Origin: Phyllobates terribilis
Lineage: Eukaryota
Reading direction: 5' to 3'
Length of the DNA: 64,000 nucleotides
Assembly (NCBI RefSeq): GCF_046119375.1
Contig: NW_027362761.1
Location: 350,300,001-350,364,000 of the forward strand
Under the pieces are notes generated by a model. That model worked only from the letters and a program-made list of their open reading frames with translations, was not told where the DNA came from and ran no database searches. The translations under genes and the position numbers were made by a program. Below, one piece after another: positions 37,139 through 50,182 of the stretch. Position 1 is the stretch's first letter. Every line of letters starts with the position of its first letter.

Positions 37139-37319
37139 TTAACTTTTATAAGTGATATGTTCATTGTAGGTTTTTTCTTCCTGTATACATTTGTTTTCTT
37201 CTGTTAATGTTACATCACATTAAATCTACCATTACAAACATCTTACCTCACTAAGGAATCTTATCTAGAGCGTTAGCAATGCTTGTAAGAGGAAGACAAG
37301 TTTTAAATAACCTACTCAC

Positions 37320-37422
37320 CGTCAATTCCTAGGACATCCAGCAGATCTGTCCATATTCTCCACACAGTTTCCACCAACACATCGACGCCGTACACAAAGC
37401 GTTCAGTTAGGCGCGAGAAGAA
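37320..37422 (-). CDS. bri3bp: BRI3-binding protein, coding exon 2 (103 bp)
   Basis: tttgttag/TTC acceptor and GAC G/gtgagt donor; reads FFSRLTERFVYGVDVLVETVWRIWTDLLDVLGID; phases join exons 1 and 3 in frame. Confidence 0.96.
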
Positions 37423-39293
37423 CTAACAAAAGAAACAGGGAATTCGAGTGACTACAAAGCCAGGCAGCTACATGGACACAATTATTGCACTATACTAAAA
37501 AGTGACAGTGTGACTACAGTGTTGGCAATGACCATCTGCACGCTCAGTGCTCATACACACCACAGTATCACAGACCTGTAGTCTGTTGGAAATAGATGGA
37601 AGTGCTCCTCTCTGATAGCTTCTAATCGTAGTCAAACCCTTCTCTCTATTGCATAAGGCCAAGTACACACATGAGTATTTGTAAGTCAAAACCAGGAGTG
37701 GGTGAGAAATACAGAAGTGGTGACATGTTTCTATTATACTTTTCCTCGGATTGTTCCTCTCCTGGTTTTGGTTTACAAATACTAAATGTGAAATACTGAA
37801 CATGTAGAAAAGAAAAATTGGGGGCAATTTTGAAGGCTAAATGCACCAGATTTCGGACACAATTTACACTGGACATGATCTGTACCTCATTTGTTTTGCC
37901 CCTAAATCAGCAAGGGAGTGCAATTCACAGTGCACCAAAATTAAAACCAAAAGATACACTGAATTTAACCTCCTACAGAAGTAATACAGTCTAGAAAGGC
38001 ACGAAATGTATTGTGCAAGTTTGATCCTTTTACCATTTTTAAAGGGGTTTTTAACTTTAAGAAAAGTGGAAGCCAACTCTTATATTTCTATACATAATAT
38101 CACAAATAAAGCAGGTACGCCCCCATTCCGGGTTAAATGCCAGCTCTCCACCGCTGCTCTGGTCTCTGGCAGCAGCAGTAATGCACCAATCACCAGGCTC
38201 AGAAGCTCATGTCGTCTACATTGACAGAACCACTGAACTCAGTGATTGATTGCAGAAAAAGGAATGTTGATGTGAGGTCACCGCTAAATCCAAAAAGCTG
38301 AGGCCTGAGGAGCGGAGGGGATCTGGTGCTAGAAACAGGGGTGGAATTTATTGTATAGAAAATGTATATTAAAGTGTTTAGTGTCCACTTTTCTAAAAGT
38401 GGAGAACCTCTTCAATGTTGAAGGCATTCATTTTCAGAGCATCAGGGTGTTGGGATTTATAGCAGAAAGGTAAGTAATATCCAAGAAGACTAATGACCTA
38501 ACACCGTCACGTGAACTGCAGACCGCAGGAAACGTCACCCTGGTGTGATGGCTCTACAGACCAGAGGGAATATTTATTTTTAATATAGATATATAAAATT
38601 AAAGATAATCACGAAAAAAATGTGTTTATAATACAAATCTGCTGAAAATAACATCATATTCTGACATACCTGTAATGTATATAGTTACATGAGCCCATCA
38701 AACTCATGCATGGGTTAAAGCTGAACTGAACTGGTTTTTGGCCATGTGGCTTTTACAGATGAAACCCATTAAAAAGTTTTGCATAATTACTAACAATATT
38801 TTGCTTAGGTATATGTAATTTAATTGTTCCATAAAAGAGGAACTAAGAATCACTTTTAAAATATACCACAATTCACAGAAAATATTCTTAATGTTGCATG
38901 AAATAAGCATTGTGTGCCCTAATACACAAAGTACATTTCTGCTATAATTTACCGGTACATCACAAAAGTAGCGTAAATTATAATGATCTGTCCAACTGAT
39001 ATAGGTCCCGCTAAATATTATACTATTTTTCAAACCATTGTTGAAGTTGGGGTCTAAAACACCAAAAGTTGCAGTTTGTAATCAGCTCCATGCCAGTTTT
39101 CTAGTACAAACTCTTTGATGAACAGAACCCAAAGGGTTTTGTTTCTCATGAATTCCACTACGAAACAATATATAATAAATGTGTCATATGTGGGGATAAG
39201 CCACTGCGTATTATAGTAGTAGGGTTGTGAACGAGATTTCACATAATCTTATGCAGACATTGTAGAGAAAATCCACAGAATAAGTCTGAAAGT

Positions 39294-42200
39294 CCACAGC
39301 CTGGAGCACCCTTCTTCCAAATGTGAGGTCAGATGAAACACCCAAATCCACTCTATAGTGCCTATAGAAGGTAGATGGAGAAGACCAGGTAGCAGCCTTA
39401 CATATGTCTAGCATCGAGACACCCGTCTTCTCCGCCCACGAGGTCGCCACTGCTCGGGTAGAGTTAGCTTTCATCCCCTGTGGCGCTTCCTCCCCGCTGG
39501 AGGCATAGGCTACAGTAATAGCTTCCCTGATCCACCTAGCTATGGTGGACTTAGCAACCTTAAGCCCTTTTCTAACCCCTTGGTAGGAGATAAACAAGGA
39601 ACTAGCTTTCCTGAAAGCCTGGGTGACCGACAGGTACCTAATCACACATCTTCTTACATCTAAGGTATGGAATTCTGCCTCTTTTTGGTTACTTGGATTA
39701 GAACAGAACGAGGGCAGGATTATTTCTTGGAGTCTATGGAAACGGGAAGCTACTTTAGGGAGATATGCTGGGTCAGTTTTAAGAATAATTCTATCGTCCA
39801 GGATCTAAGTGAAAGGTGAAGCTGAAGACAGAGCCTGGATGTCACTAATCCTTCTAGCAGATGTTAGAGCTATTAGAAGCGCTGTTTTAACCCTAGAACG
39901 CATACATGGGGCCTCGCAGGCCCGCCCTGTTAATTGTTTTCTATTTTCTGCAAGATTACTTTAGTTAGAATTTTGAAACTCTAGGTATTCCTCAGGTATA
40001 TAGTTGTTTGTCATTTCCAGTTGTTCATTTATTTTTATGTTACAGGCATTTTCGGTATAACAACTCTTTTTTGAAAATACCCATTTTTATGGTCATGCGT
40101 TCTAGGGTTAAGGGAGATGGCCTTAAGGGATGCTGAATCTATTGGTTCAAAGGGTGAACTAGATAATGCTTTTAGAACTAAATTTAGATCCCAGGGTGCT
40201 AAATTGCTTTTGATAACAGGCCTGGATCTAAACGCAGCTTTGATAAAGCGAGAAATCCAGTAATTTCCTGCCAGGTCACAGTTATATAGGGCACCTAAGG
40301 CAGAGACTTGGACTTTAAGGGTACTTGTTGCCACCCTCAACTCAAGGCCCTTATGTAAAAACTCTAAGATTTTTCCAATTAGCACCCCCTCACCAACTGT
40401 AGAACCAGAGAACGATAAAAATTTCTTCCAAGTTCTGGCGTAAATCCTGGAAGTGACAGGTTTTCTACTACGCATTAATGTAGCCACTAGGTTTTGGGAG
40501 AACCCTTTGCATTCTAACAGAGACCTCTCAAGTTCCACACCGTCAAGTGGAGGCCAGAAGCTTGAGGATGGACTATTGGACCCTGGCCGAGGAGATCCGG
40601 AATTTCGGGCAGGACCCAAGGATCGGAGATTGACATGTTCCTCAGGCATGAGAACCAGGGCCTCCTGGGCCAAAAGGGGGTGACCAGAAGGACCCTCGCC
40701 TTGTCCTCTCTGATCTTTCTTAGGACCAAGGGAAGAAGATTCAGTGTGGGGGGGGGGGGGGGGCATAGGCCAGACTGAAATCTCAAGTCACTTGGAGAGC
40801 ATCCACTGCCAGGGGGTTTTCTCTGGGATTTAGGGAGCAAAAGAGCTCTGTCTTTCAATTTAGCCTTGTGGCGAAGAGATCTACCACCGGAAGCCCCCAC
40901 TTCCGGACTATTTGGGAAAAAATGTCCTGCTTTAGTTCCCATTCGCCTTGCCTCAGAGAGAAACGGCTTAAGTAGTCTGCCTTTATGTTTTCTTTTCCTT
41001 TGATGTGGAGGGCCGTTAAGGAAAGGAGATGGCATTCCTAAATCTGAAAAAGACGATCCGTCACTCTCATCAGTGATCCAGAACGTGCACCCCCCCTGAT
41101 GGTTCATGTAAGCTACCGCTATTCTATTATCTGAAATGATCTTAACGTTTTTATCATGAAGGAAAGGCAAGAAATGATTTATCGCTTTATCCACTGCTAG
41201 TAGTTCTTTAGCGTTGGAGGAAAGGCCCTTTTCCGTGTCTGACCAGGACAACCATATCCCCCAGATGGGACCCCCACCCGCGGGAGCTTGCATCGGTTGT
41301 AATTATTTTAGTGACTCTAAATACCCAGGGAACTCCTCGTGACAGGTTCGCCTCGTTTACCCACCACCGCAAGGATTTAAGTGACTGGGGTGACAAGGAC
41401 ATTCATCCTTCTAAGTGCCCATTGAACAAAACTTCATTATGTAGGACGTCCCACTGTAGAACCCTGGAGTTGTATTGTGCCCACAGAACTCCGGGAAGGC
41501 AAGATGACAGGGTACCCAACAAGGACATCGTAGCTCTAAGGGACATGACTGTGTTTGACAATGCTTTCTCTACCAGGATTTTAACCTTTTGTTTCTTGGC
41601 TTCCGGGAGGAAACATATTTGAAGGTCTGAATCCAGCATAATACCCAAGAACTGCTGTATTTTTGAAGGCACAACCCTGGACTTCTCTAGATTTAGGATC
41701 CAGCCTAGACTTTCTAAGATGGAGGATACTAATTTTAGCTGATTATAACATTGGGAGGCCGAGTCTCCAATTATTAAGAAATCATCCAGGTAAGGGATAA
41801 TTAAAATATTAATGTTCCCTGACATGAGCCATGACTTCCGCTATAATCTTAGTAAATATCCTGGGGCCTTTGGCCAGAGAGAACGGTAAGGCCCTAAACT
41901 GGAAGTGCTTAATTTCTCCATCTATGATCAAAGCCACCCTAAGGTATTTCTGGAAATCCATATGTATAGGTACATGGTAATAGGAGTCTTTTAGATCTAA
42001 TACTACCATGTAACAGCCTGAAAAAAGTAACTTTATTGTAGATTTAATGGATTCCATCTTAAAGGTGGGAACTAACAAAAACTTAAGGGCTTTAAGGTTA
42101 ATAATGCACCTAAAAGAACCATCAGGCTTAGAAATAAAGAAAAGAGGCAAGTAGAATCCTAGCCCCTTTTCTGCTGTTGGGACCTCCACTAGGACCGCTT

Positions 42201-44835
42201 TATGGACCAAGTTGAGGATTTCCACTTGTAGGGCCGTCTGCTCTAATGCCATGGGACGGTTTGGGGTCAAGATGAATCTCCCACGAGAAATCTGCCGAAA
42301 TGCGAACCTCAGACCCAAACCTACCAGATCAAGGATCCAGTTACTAGCAGAAATTTTTGTCCAGGCAGGTAAGAAGCCCAACAGCCTCCCTCCTACCTGG
42401 GCTGCGAGTCACTTACTCGGTTTCCGGGGTCCCCGGTTAGAAGAAGAGCCAAATAGGAGCCCTCTACCTTTCGGTCTGCTGTCTTCCCACTTCTAGTGAC
42501 CCTTCTGCGGTCTTTTTTGTAGAAACCTTCTCCTATGGAAAGGATGTTTATAAGAAGGGGGCAGACAAGCTAGGGAAACCTTTCTTTTTGTCACTGGCTT
42601 TATCCAGAAGTTAATCCAGAACAGGCCCAAAAAGATGCTCTCCTTCACATGGAATAGTACAGAGTCTCGTTCTTGCTTGAATATCACCTGGCCAACATTT
42701 AAGCCACAAGGCTCTACGGGCTGCGTTGGACATGCCGGCTGACCTCGCTGCCAATCTGACTGAGTCCGCCGAGGCATCCGCCAGGAAGGCTGCTGCCCCC
42801 TGTAGGAGTGATATATTTGATAAAATCTCCTTCCTGGGGGTGTTATTTCTCAAATGGGATTCAAGTTGGTCCAACCATATCATTAGGGACCTGGCAGTAC
42901 AAGTAGCGGCAACCGCTGGCTTTAAGGACCCCCGCAGACGTTTCCCAGGTCCCTTTGAGAAAGGTGTCAGCTTTCCTATCCAAAGGGTTCTTAAGAGCCC
43001 CCATATCTTCAAAGGGGAGAGAGGATCGCTTAGATGCCTTAGCTATAGTCACATCTATTTTTGGGGCTTTCTCCCAGGAAGAAGAAGCTGAGTCTTCAAA
43101 GGGGTATTTTCTTTTAAAGAACGGAGGAAGAACACCCTTTCTTTCTGGCCTTTTCCATTCTCTACGTATCAAGTCCTGAATTTTATCGTTAAAGGGAAAA
43201 CTTCTTTTTCTTTGTCCCAGCCCCCTGAACATTACATCCTAGACTGATTTTTCTGGTCTGGCCTCTAATACCCATGGTTGATCGAATTGCTTTAATCAAG
43301 CCACCGACTCCATTAAGTGGGAAACAATGCTGACCCGCACCACTATCTGAGGAAGTGGATGATGGAGAGACTGAGTCGTCCGAGTCCAACTCATAAGCCG
43401 ACGACAGAGTCATCACGGGCTGGGGAGATCTCCTGGTCTGTATCTACCTTTACTTTAGTCTTTTTAGAGAGGATTTTACTAATTTCAGACCTGACCAAGG
43501 TTTTTAATCCTGAGGTCAAGCTAGGGGTCTCCTCTGCTAGCGTCTGATTTATACAGGACTGACATAATTTTTTGGGATATAAGTCGGGAAGGACGGTGTT
43601 ACACAATGCACATTGATGCTTGGTCTTGGAGGTACACTTCTTCCCCTATTAAAAATAGAAGGGGAGAAGGGATACTTCATCACTAAGCGAACTTTCTCGA
43701 AGATCACTTACCCAGGTGGCTCAAAAGGGCTGGTACCAATTTGGAGGAAGGACCCTTCTCAGCCCAGGGATCGTCCCTGGAGGCTGCAGATTCGTTCATC
43801 CTGCTGGAACCGTGATGACTGGACTTAGACGCTGAACCTCGCTTTCCTGAGGACCGGGCGTTACCAGTAACACGAGGGCGATGCACTTTTTGGGGCTCCC
43901 CAAACAGCCGCTGAGATGGTGGAGAAGGCGGCTGCTGAACTTGCTGCTGCTGCTCATTATCGGACTCCATGATAGGGAGAACAAAGCTGGGAAGCCCTGA
44001 ACAGTGGTGCTTGGGCCAGTTAAGTAGCACCTGTTCCACCTCTCAGACACCTGATTTTAATTGAATACATTCCCCCCCTTTTTTTTTTTTTCTTTTGCAC
44101 AGGGACGCTTGGCGCCACCTCGCCGCGGTTAATACCGCACTTACAATTAGGTGCACGTGACCGGACTTCCGGGTCCCGGTCACGTGATCGCCCCGAGGCG
44201 CGGTGACGTCATCGGGCCGCGACCTACAGGAGGAGGTCGGAAGTGTGCGCCCGCACGAGCCTCGCGCCGGGAAGCTCCAGTTGCCACAGCTCCAGGTAGG
44301 CTCTGCCAAGATCAACGGGCCTGCTACCCCGGATCGGGGCGCAGCGTCGGTTATCCAGCGCGCCGACCTCCGCTGGGTGTCGATGGGGACGGCATCCCAC
44401 GCAACCCGCCTGTCTTCTGAGCAATGGTGGGCTCTGCCACCCCAGATAGGGGCGCAGTCCCACTGCAGTCCGGACCAGTCCAGGGGCAGACTCTTCCACA
44501 GAAAGGGGCGCAAACCTGGCTGAAGCAGATGATGAAAGAGCTGCCACCCCAGATAGGGGCGCAGCCCCCTGCTTATTCGGTGCAAGAATGCTGTGCCACT
44601 CCCAGATAGGGGTGCACCCACATAGCAGACGCTGGAGCTGCAGATCCCTGATAGGAGTGCTGCTCGACAGTCGTCGCCATCCGGTTTTCCACGAGCCTGA
44701 AATAGGTTCCCTCCATCAAGGACAGGAAACCAAACTGAGGTGAGAGAGAGGGCCACCCCTTTTAAGCCTGTAGGTTTCCTGTCCTTGGTGGGCGGATCCC
44801 CTCTCTCGTGGTGCTGTCATGGTCGACCGATAAAA
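39294..44835 (-). mobile_element. DIRS1-like tyrosine-recombinase retrotransposon, degenerate, 3' ICR/ITR missing, in bri3bp intron 1
   Basis: Terminal repeat at ~44710-44835 with an internal CAAGGACAGGAAA/TTTCCTGTCCTTG hairpin. gag-like ORF1 pieces 42611-44039. RT 41403-42381 (VLDLKDSYYHVPI, PYLDDFL). RNase H (TTDASS, ELLAV, SDN). MTase-like motifs DLFAT and AYAPP at ~40770-40885. YR 39294-40766 (SARRISDI, ANSTR, ICKAATWSS, FYRHY). Confidence 0.95.
39891..40107. mobile_element. piggyBac-type MITE (217 bp) inserted in the DIRS tyrosine recombinase
   Basis: TTAA / CCCTAGAACGCAT ... ATGCGTTCTAGGG / TTAA; removing it restores the YR frame ISLKTALLIALTSARRISDIQ. Confidence 0.9.
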
Positions 44836-46488
44836 GCTCATTCACATGACTGTTTTCACTCAGAGTCCTGCCCGTGAAAAAAAACGGACCACACTTGGAC
44901 CAATGTTATTCAATGAGGCCGTGCAGATGAGCGATTTATTTTTCACTGACCAAATCTGCGTGTGAAGACAAAAAAAAAAAAAAAAAAACATGAATGGCAT
45001 AAGGAGCCACAGTATAGCATCCAATTTCTACGGAAACATTGCACTTCTGTAGCACAGAAAACTGTATATGGTTTTGTAAATGATTAACCCTGACCTTGGG
45101 TTTTTCCGGTTTTTTTGCTCCCCTTCTTCCCAGAGACATAACTTTATTTTTTTGGTCAATATCAATACGGCCATGTGAGGGCTTGTTTTTAACGGGATGA
45201 GTTGTACTTTTGAACGACACCATTGGTTTTACCATATCGTGTACTGGAAAACAGGGCTGTGGAGTCAATAGGCCAAACATCCGACTCCCTCATACATGGC
45301 TCATGTTTAAGTGATAAATTTACTGCAGCACAGATTCATCTCAGCTAAAAGTCTAGACCCTTAGATCAGGAATAGGACAGACATTTATAGGACATTTCAT
45401 AACTTTCCCAAATTCTTATGAAAATAATATTCCCCACAAACTGCATTGAACTACTGTACCCAATTTATTATATATTTTGGAATCGGTCCATTTTATACCG
45501 ACTCCGATTCCACCAAAATGGACTCCATAGCCCTGCTGGAAAACGGGAAAAAAATTCCAAGTGCAGCAAAATTGCAAAAAAAAAAAGTGCAATTCCACAA
45601 TATTTTATTTATTTATTTTTTTTTTTACCATGTTCACTAAATGCTAAAACTGACTCGCAGTTATGATTCTCCAGGTCATTACGAGTTTGTAGACACCAAA
45701 CATGTATAGGTTCTTTTTTATTTAAGTGGTGAAAAAAAATTCAAAGTTTGTAAAGAAATAAATATGGCGCCATTTTCCCAGATCCGTAGCGTCTCCATTT
45801 TTTCGGGCTCTGAGGCTCGGTGGGGGCTTATTTTTTGCACGCTGAGCTGAAATTCTTATTGATACCATATTGGAATAGATACAATATTTTGTTTGCCCGT
45901 TATTGCAATGTTGCAGCGAAATAAAAACCCAAAACGTAATTCTGAAGTTTTGATTTGTTTTCTAGTTGCGGCATTTACCGATCGGATTATTTTTATATAT
46001 TGATCGAGTATTTTAGATTTTTTTAAAAAATTGGTTTATTTTGAATGGGGCAAAAGGGGGGCGATTTGATCGCTCCTCCGCACTGTGGCGAATTCACCTT
46101 CACTGTGCGCCGAAGATCACTGGGACCGGAAGTTACACTGACTCTCCGGCACCTGCGCTCATCAGAATTGAAGACAGTGCCCCACAGAAGGGCAGAACAG
46201 GGCAGAGGAGCGATGGCAAGCAGACTGCGCAGGCGCGGGATTTCCGGCCATGCACATGACGTCTGAAGAGAAGGGGAGGAGAAATCTTGTATAATGAAGC
46301 CTGGAGGCAGTCTTATCTTCCAGCAGCCTATGCCCCATAACCTGGAAGATCGAAGCTATAAACGATGATTTTTACTAAACAAGGTCACATCCAGGAGGCA
46401 TACAGGTAGGACTAATTCCAGCTGTATACAACCTGAATGCCCATGTTAATAACTCAGAAAGCTGAAAAGGGGGACAGATTCCCTTTAA

Positions 46489-49400
46489 CCCCTTAATATT
46501 AGACGTACTAATGCGCGTCTGTGCTCTGGGACTTAAGAGCCAGACCCGTATTAGTATGTCATGGCGATCGCGCGCGCACACAGGCTGTGCGGGCGCGATC
46601 GCCGCCGGGTGTCAGCTGATTGTCACAGCTGACACCCGGTAATATGTGCAGGGAGCGGTCCCGCACCGCTCCCAGCACATTAACCCCCGCGATGCTGCGA
46701 TCGAAGTCGATCGCAGCATTGTGGTGTCAAGGGGAGGTGATCGCAGATACTCGCCTCCTCTTCCGGCCTCCAGCGCTGTCTGCCGTGGCTTCCAGGATGT
46801 TGCCATGACGACCCGATGTAGTCATGACAACATCCGGGTCACCAGACAGCAGGAAGATTTTTTGGACATGAGCAGTGCATCTCCAAACAATCTTCTCCCT
46901 GTCCAGCGCTGACAGCCTGCATGGCACAGGGATGGTGCTGCATTCCTGTGCCATGCAGGCGATCAGAGAAAAAAAAAGTGAAAGTCCCATAGTGGGACAA
47001 AAGTAATAAAGTATAAAAACTGTCAGAAAGTGAAAAAAATAAATAAAAATTGTAAAAATATAAAAAAAAAATCCACCAAAAATATAATGTACCCATCAAT
47101 AAATATTATTATTAAAAAAAAACAACAACAAACAAACAAATAAAAGTACACATATTTGGTATCGCCGCGTCCGGAACAACCTGACCTATAAAACTGTCCC
47201 ACTAGTTAACCCCTTCAGTGAACACGGTAAAAAAAAAAAAACGAAGCAAAAAACAATGCTTTATCACCATACCGCCAAACAAAAAATGGATTAACACGCG
47301 ATCAAAAAGACAAATATAAATAAAAATGGTACCGCTGAAAACGTCATCTCGTCCCGCAAAAAACAAGCCGCCATACAGCTCCATCAGCCGAAAAATAAAA
47401 AAGTTATAGCTCTCAGAATAAAGCTAAGCTAAAAAAATAATTTTTTCTATAAAATTGCTTTAATTATGTAAAAGTGCAAAACATCGAAATACGATATAAA
47501 TGTGGTACCGCTGTAAACATACTGACCCGAAGAATAAAGCTGCCTTATCAATTTTACCAAACGCGGAACAGAATAAAAAAAACAAAAAAAACAATTCCTG
47601 AATTGTTGTTTTTTGTTTATTCTGCCTCCCAAAAATAGGAATAGAAAGCGATCAAAAAATGTCACGTGCCTGAAAATGGCACCAATAACAACGTCAACTC
47701 ATCCCGCAAAAAAACAAGCCGTCAAATGACTGTCTGCCAAAATGTGGAAAAATTATAGCTCTCAAAATATGGCGATGCAAAAACTAGATTTTACAAAAAA
47801 ATGCGTCTTTTAGTGTGTGACAGCTGTCAGTCATAAAAACCCCATATGATTCTGGTATCGCTGTAGTCTCACCGACCTGAAGAATAAAGTCGTCTAATCA
47901 CTTATACCGCACTAGGAATGGCGTAAAAAATAAACTCTCAGGTTAGGGTTGTGCTACGGGTTAGGGCTGTGTTAGGGTTGTGATGGGGTTGGGATTTTTT
48001 TCAAAAGTAAGAAAAAAAGATGACGATATGGCGACTAGTGTTAAGCGCAAGTGCTCGCTACTTGAGTTTGCATCGGGTGTTCTGTTATGCATTGAGTATC
48101 GTGGGTATTTGAGTGACATGCTCAAGTCTCCGCCCCATATGCTTCACGGCCCAAAAAACTTTGCGGGGATTGCCTGCCATGCACGAGCGATCCCCGCATG
48201 TTTTTTCTTTGGGTGTCTAATAACCGTGAAACATCTGGGCGGTGACTCGAGCACACGCAGTACATGGTGCATACTTGAGTACCCGATGCAAACTCAAGTA
48301 GCGAGCACTTGTGCTCAAGACTAATGACAACTTATTCAATATGATGACCTAATGTTATCAAATTCTGTGTCGTACCTCTGGGTTCAAAATGTTCACTATA
48401 CACCTTAATAAAATCCTTGAGGGGTATAGTTTCCAAAATGGGGTCACTTGTGGGGGAGCTCCACTGTTTAGGCACATCAGGGGCTCTTCAAACGCGACAT
48501 GGTGTCCGCTAACAAATTGATTCATAAAAATGAAAAAGTGTTTTTTTTTTTTCACTTTTTCATTTTTACGAATCAATTTGTGAAGCACCTGGGGGTTCCA
48601 AGTGCTCACTATGCATCTAGATAGGTGCCTTGGGGGGTCTAGTTTCCAAAATGGGGTCACTTGTGGGGGAGCTCCAATGTTTAGGCACATCAGGGGCTCT
48701 CCAAAAGCAACATGGCGTCCGCTAATTATTCAAGCAAATTTTACAATCAAAAAGTCAAATGGCACCCCTCCCTTTCGAGCCCTGCCGTGCGCCCAAACAG
48801 TGTTTTTTTTTTTCCCCACATATGGGGTATCTGCGTGCCCAGGGGAAATTGCACAAATTTTGGGGTCCATTTTTTCTTGTTACGCCTGTGAAAATAAAAA
48901 AAAAATTGGGTCTAAAGTAACATTTTTGTGAAAAAAGGTAAATGTTCATTTTTTTCTTCCACATTCCAACAATTCCTGTGAAGCACCTGAAGGGTTAATA
49001 AAGTTCTTGAATGTGGTTTTGAGCACCTTGAGGGGTGCAGTTTTTAGAATGGTGTCACTTTTGGGTATTTTCTGTCATAAAGACCCCTCAAAGTGACTTC
49101 AAATGTGATGTGGTCCCTAAAAAATGGTTTTGTAAATTTTGTTGGAAAAATTAGAAATCGCTGGTCAACTTTTAACCCTTATAGCTCCCTAACAAAAAAA
49201 AATGTTGGTTCCAAAATTGTGCTGATGTAAAGTAGACATGTGGGAAATGTTATTTATTAGCTATTTTGTGTGACAGATCTCTCTGATTTAAGGGCATAAA
49301 AATTCAAAGTTTGAAAATTGAAAAATTTTCACCAAATTTCCATTTTTTTTCACAAATAAACGCAAGTGATATTGAAGAAATTTTACCACTATCATGAAGT

Positions 49401-49544
49401 ACAATATGTCACGAAAAAACAATCTCAGAATCAGGGGGATCCGTTGAAGCGTTCCAGAGTAATTACCTCATAAAGTGACAGTGGTCAGAATTGTAAAAAT
49501 TGGCCTGGTCATTAACGTGCAAACCACCCTCGGGGGTTAAGGGG
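46489..49544. mobile_element. Non-autonomous piggyBac-type element (~3.06 kb)
   Basis: TTAA / CCCCTTAA ... TTAAGGGG / TTAA; internal duplicated GTTTCCAAAATGGGGTCACTTGTGGGGGAGCTCC blocks; no transposase ORF. Confidence 0.7.
48033..48323. mobile_element. Palindromic MITE nested in the piggyBac-type element
   Basis: TAGTGTTAAGCGCAAGTGCTCGCTACTTGAGTTTGCATCGGGT and its near-perfect reverse complement at ~48280-48323. Confidence 0.7.
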
Positions 49545-49850
49545 TTAAAGGCATATCTAAGAAAAAAGCAGATCCGCCTTACTAAGGTATAGCCTCATCT
49601 ACAGTGATATTACCAATACTGGAATAAGAATATTACTTATATTATCAGACCATTATAGGAGAGGCAACCAGCGAGGCTGGCACAGCACACATGTCACCGG
49701 CTATTGCAGCATTGTGAAGGCTCTGTGCTGTGGTCAGCCCTGCGGGTACACGGAGGGGGATGGGCACGGATGTACCCAGCAATACGTGCCAGAGTCTGCA
49801 TGCGTGACCCTGCTGGGCACCACCATCTCCTGGCATGAGTCATAGCCCAC

Positions 49851-50042
49851 CTTCTGCACGGCTCTCACGTTCTCCTCGCCGAAAGTGCTGCTCATGGTCT
49901 GGTAGAAGCCAGTGGCCGCCTTGCGAAAGGAGTTGTTCTGCTTTTCATGACCTCGGTTCCTGGTAGCCTGGGCGGCCAGCACGGCCGCCACCAACAGCAG
50001 CAGGGCGAGGAGCCAGGGCAGCTTGGAGCGGAGGAGAGCCAT
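49851..50042 (-). CDS. bri3bp: BRI3-binding protein, coding exon 1 (signal-peptide-like N-terminus)
   Basis: MALLRSKLPWLLALLLLVAAVLAAQ...NSFRKAATGFYQTMSSTFGEENVRAVQK then AAG/gtgggc donor in phase 0; matches the BRI3BP KNSYRR...FGEDNVRAAQK segment. Confidence 0.95.
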
Positions 50043-50099
50043 GTCCAGCAGAGATTAGCAGATGGTAGGAGACGTCTTGGCAGCGTCTAGAATGGAGCT

Positions 50100-50175
50100 G
50101 CTCCTGATGAGATGATGTCACGGGAAGGGGCGGGGCCTCCTCCTCCAGTGCTGACCCGATACCAGGAAGCAGCGA
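50100..50175 (-). promoter_or_regulatory. bri3bp: bri3bp proximal promoter candidate
   Basis: GC box GGGGCGGGGC at 50127-50136, CRE-like TGATGTCA and ETS-like AGGAAG within ~130 bp of the ATG; the TSS is not determinable from sequence alone. Confidence 0.45.
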
Positions 50176-50182
50176 TGTGCTG

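Noticed and set aside
38704-39242. ORFs next to the DIRS 3' end as part of the element or a LINE
   Set aside because: No recognisable RT, endonuclease or ICR motifs; AT-rich chance ORFs.
49734-49850. Extension of bri3bp exon 1 (VGYDSCQEMV...) as coding
   Set aside because: Homology ends at AVQK, exactly at the AAG/gtgggc donor; the remainder is intron read-through.
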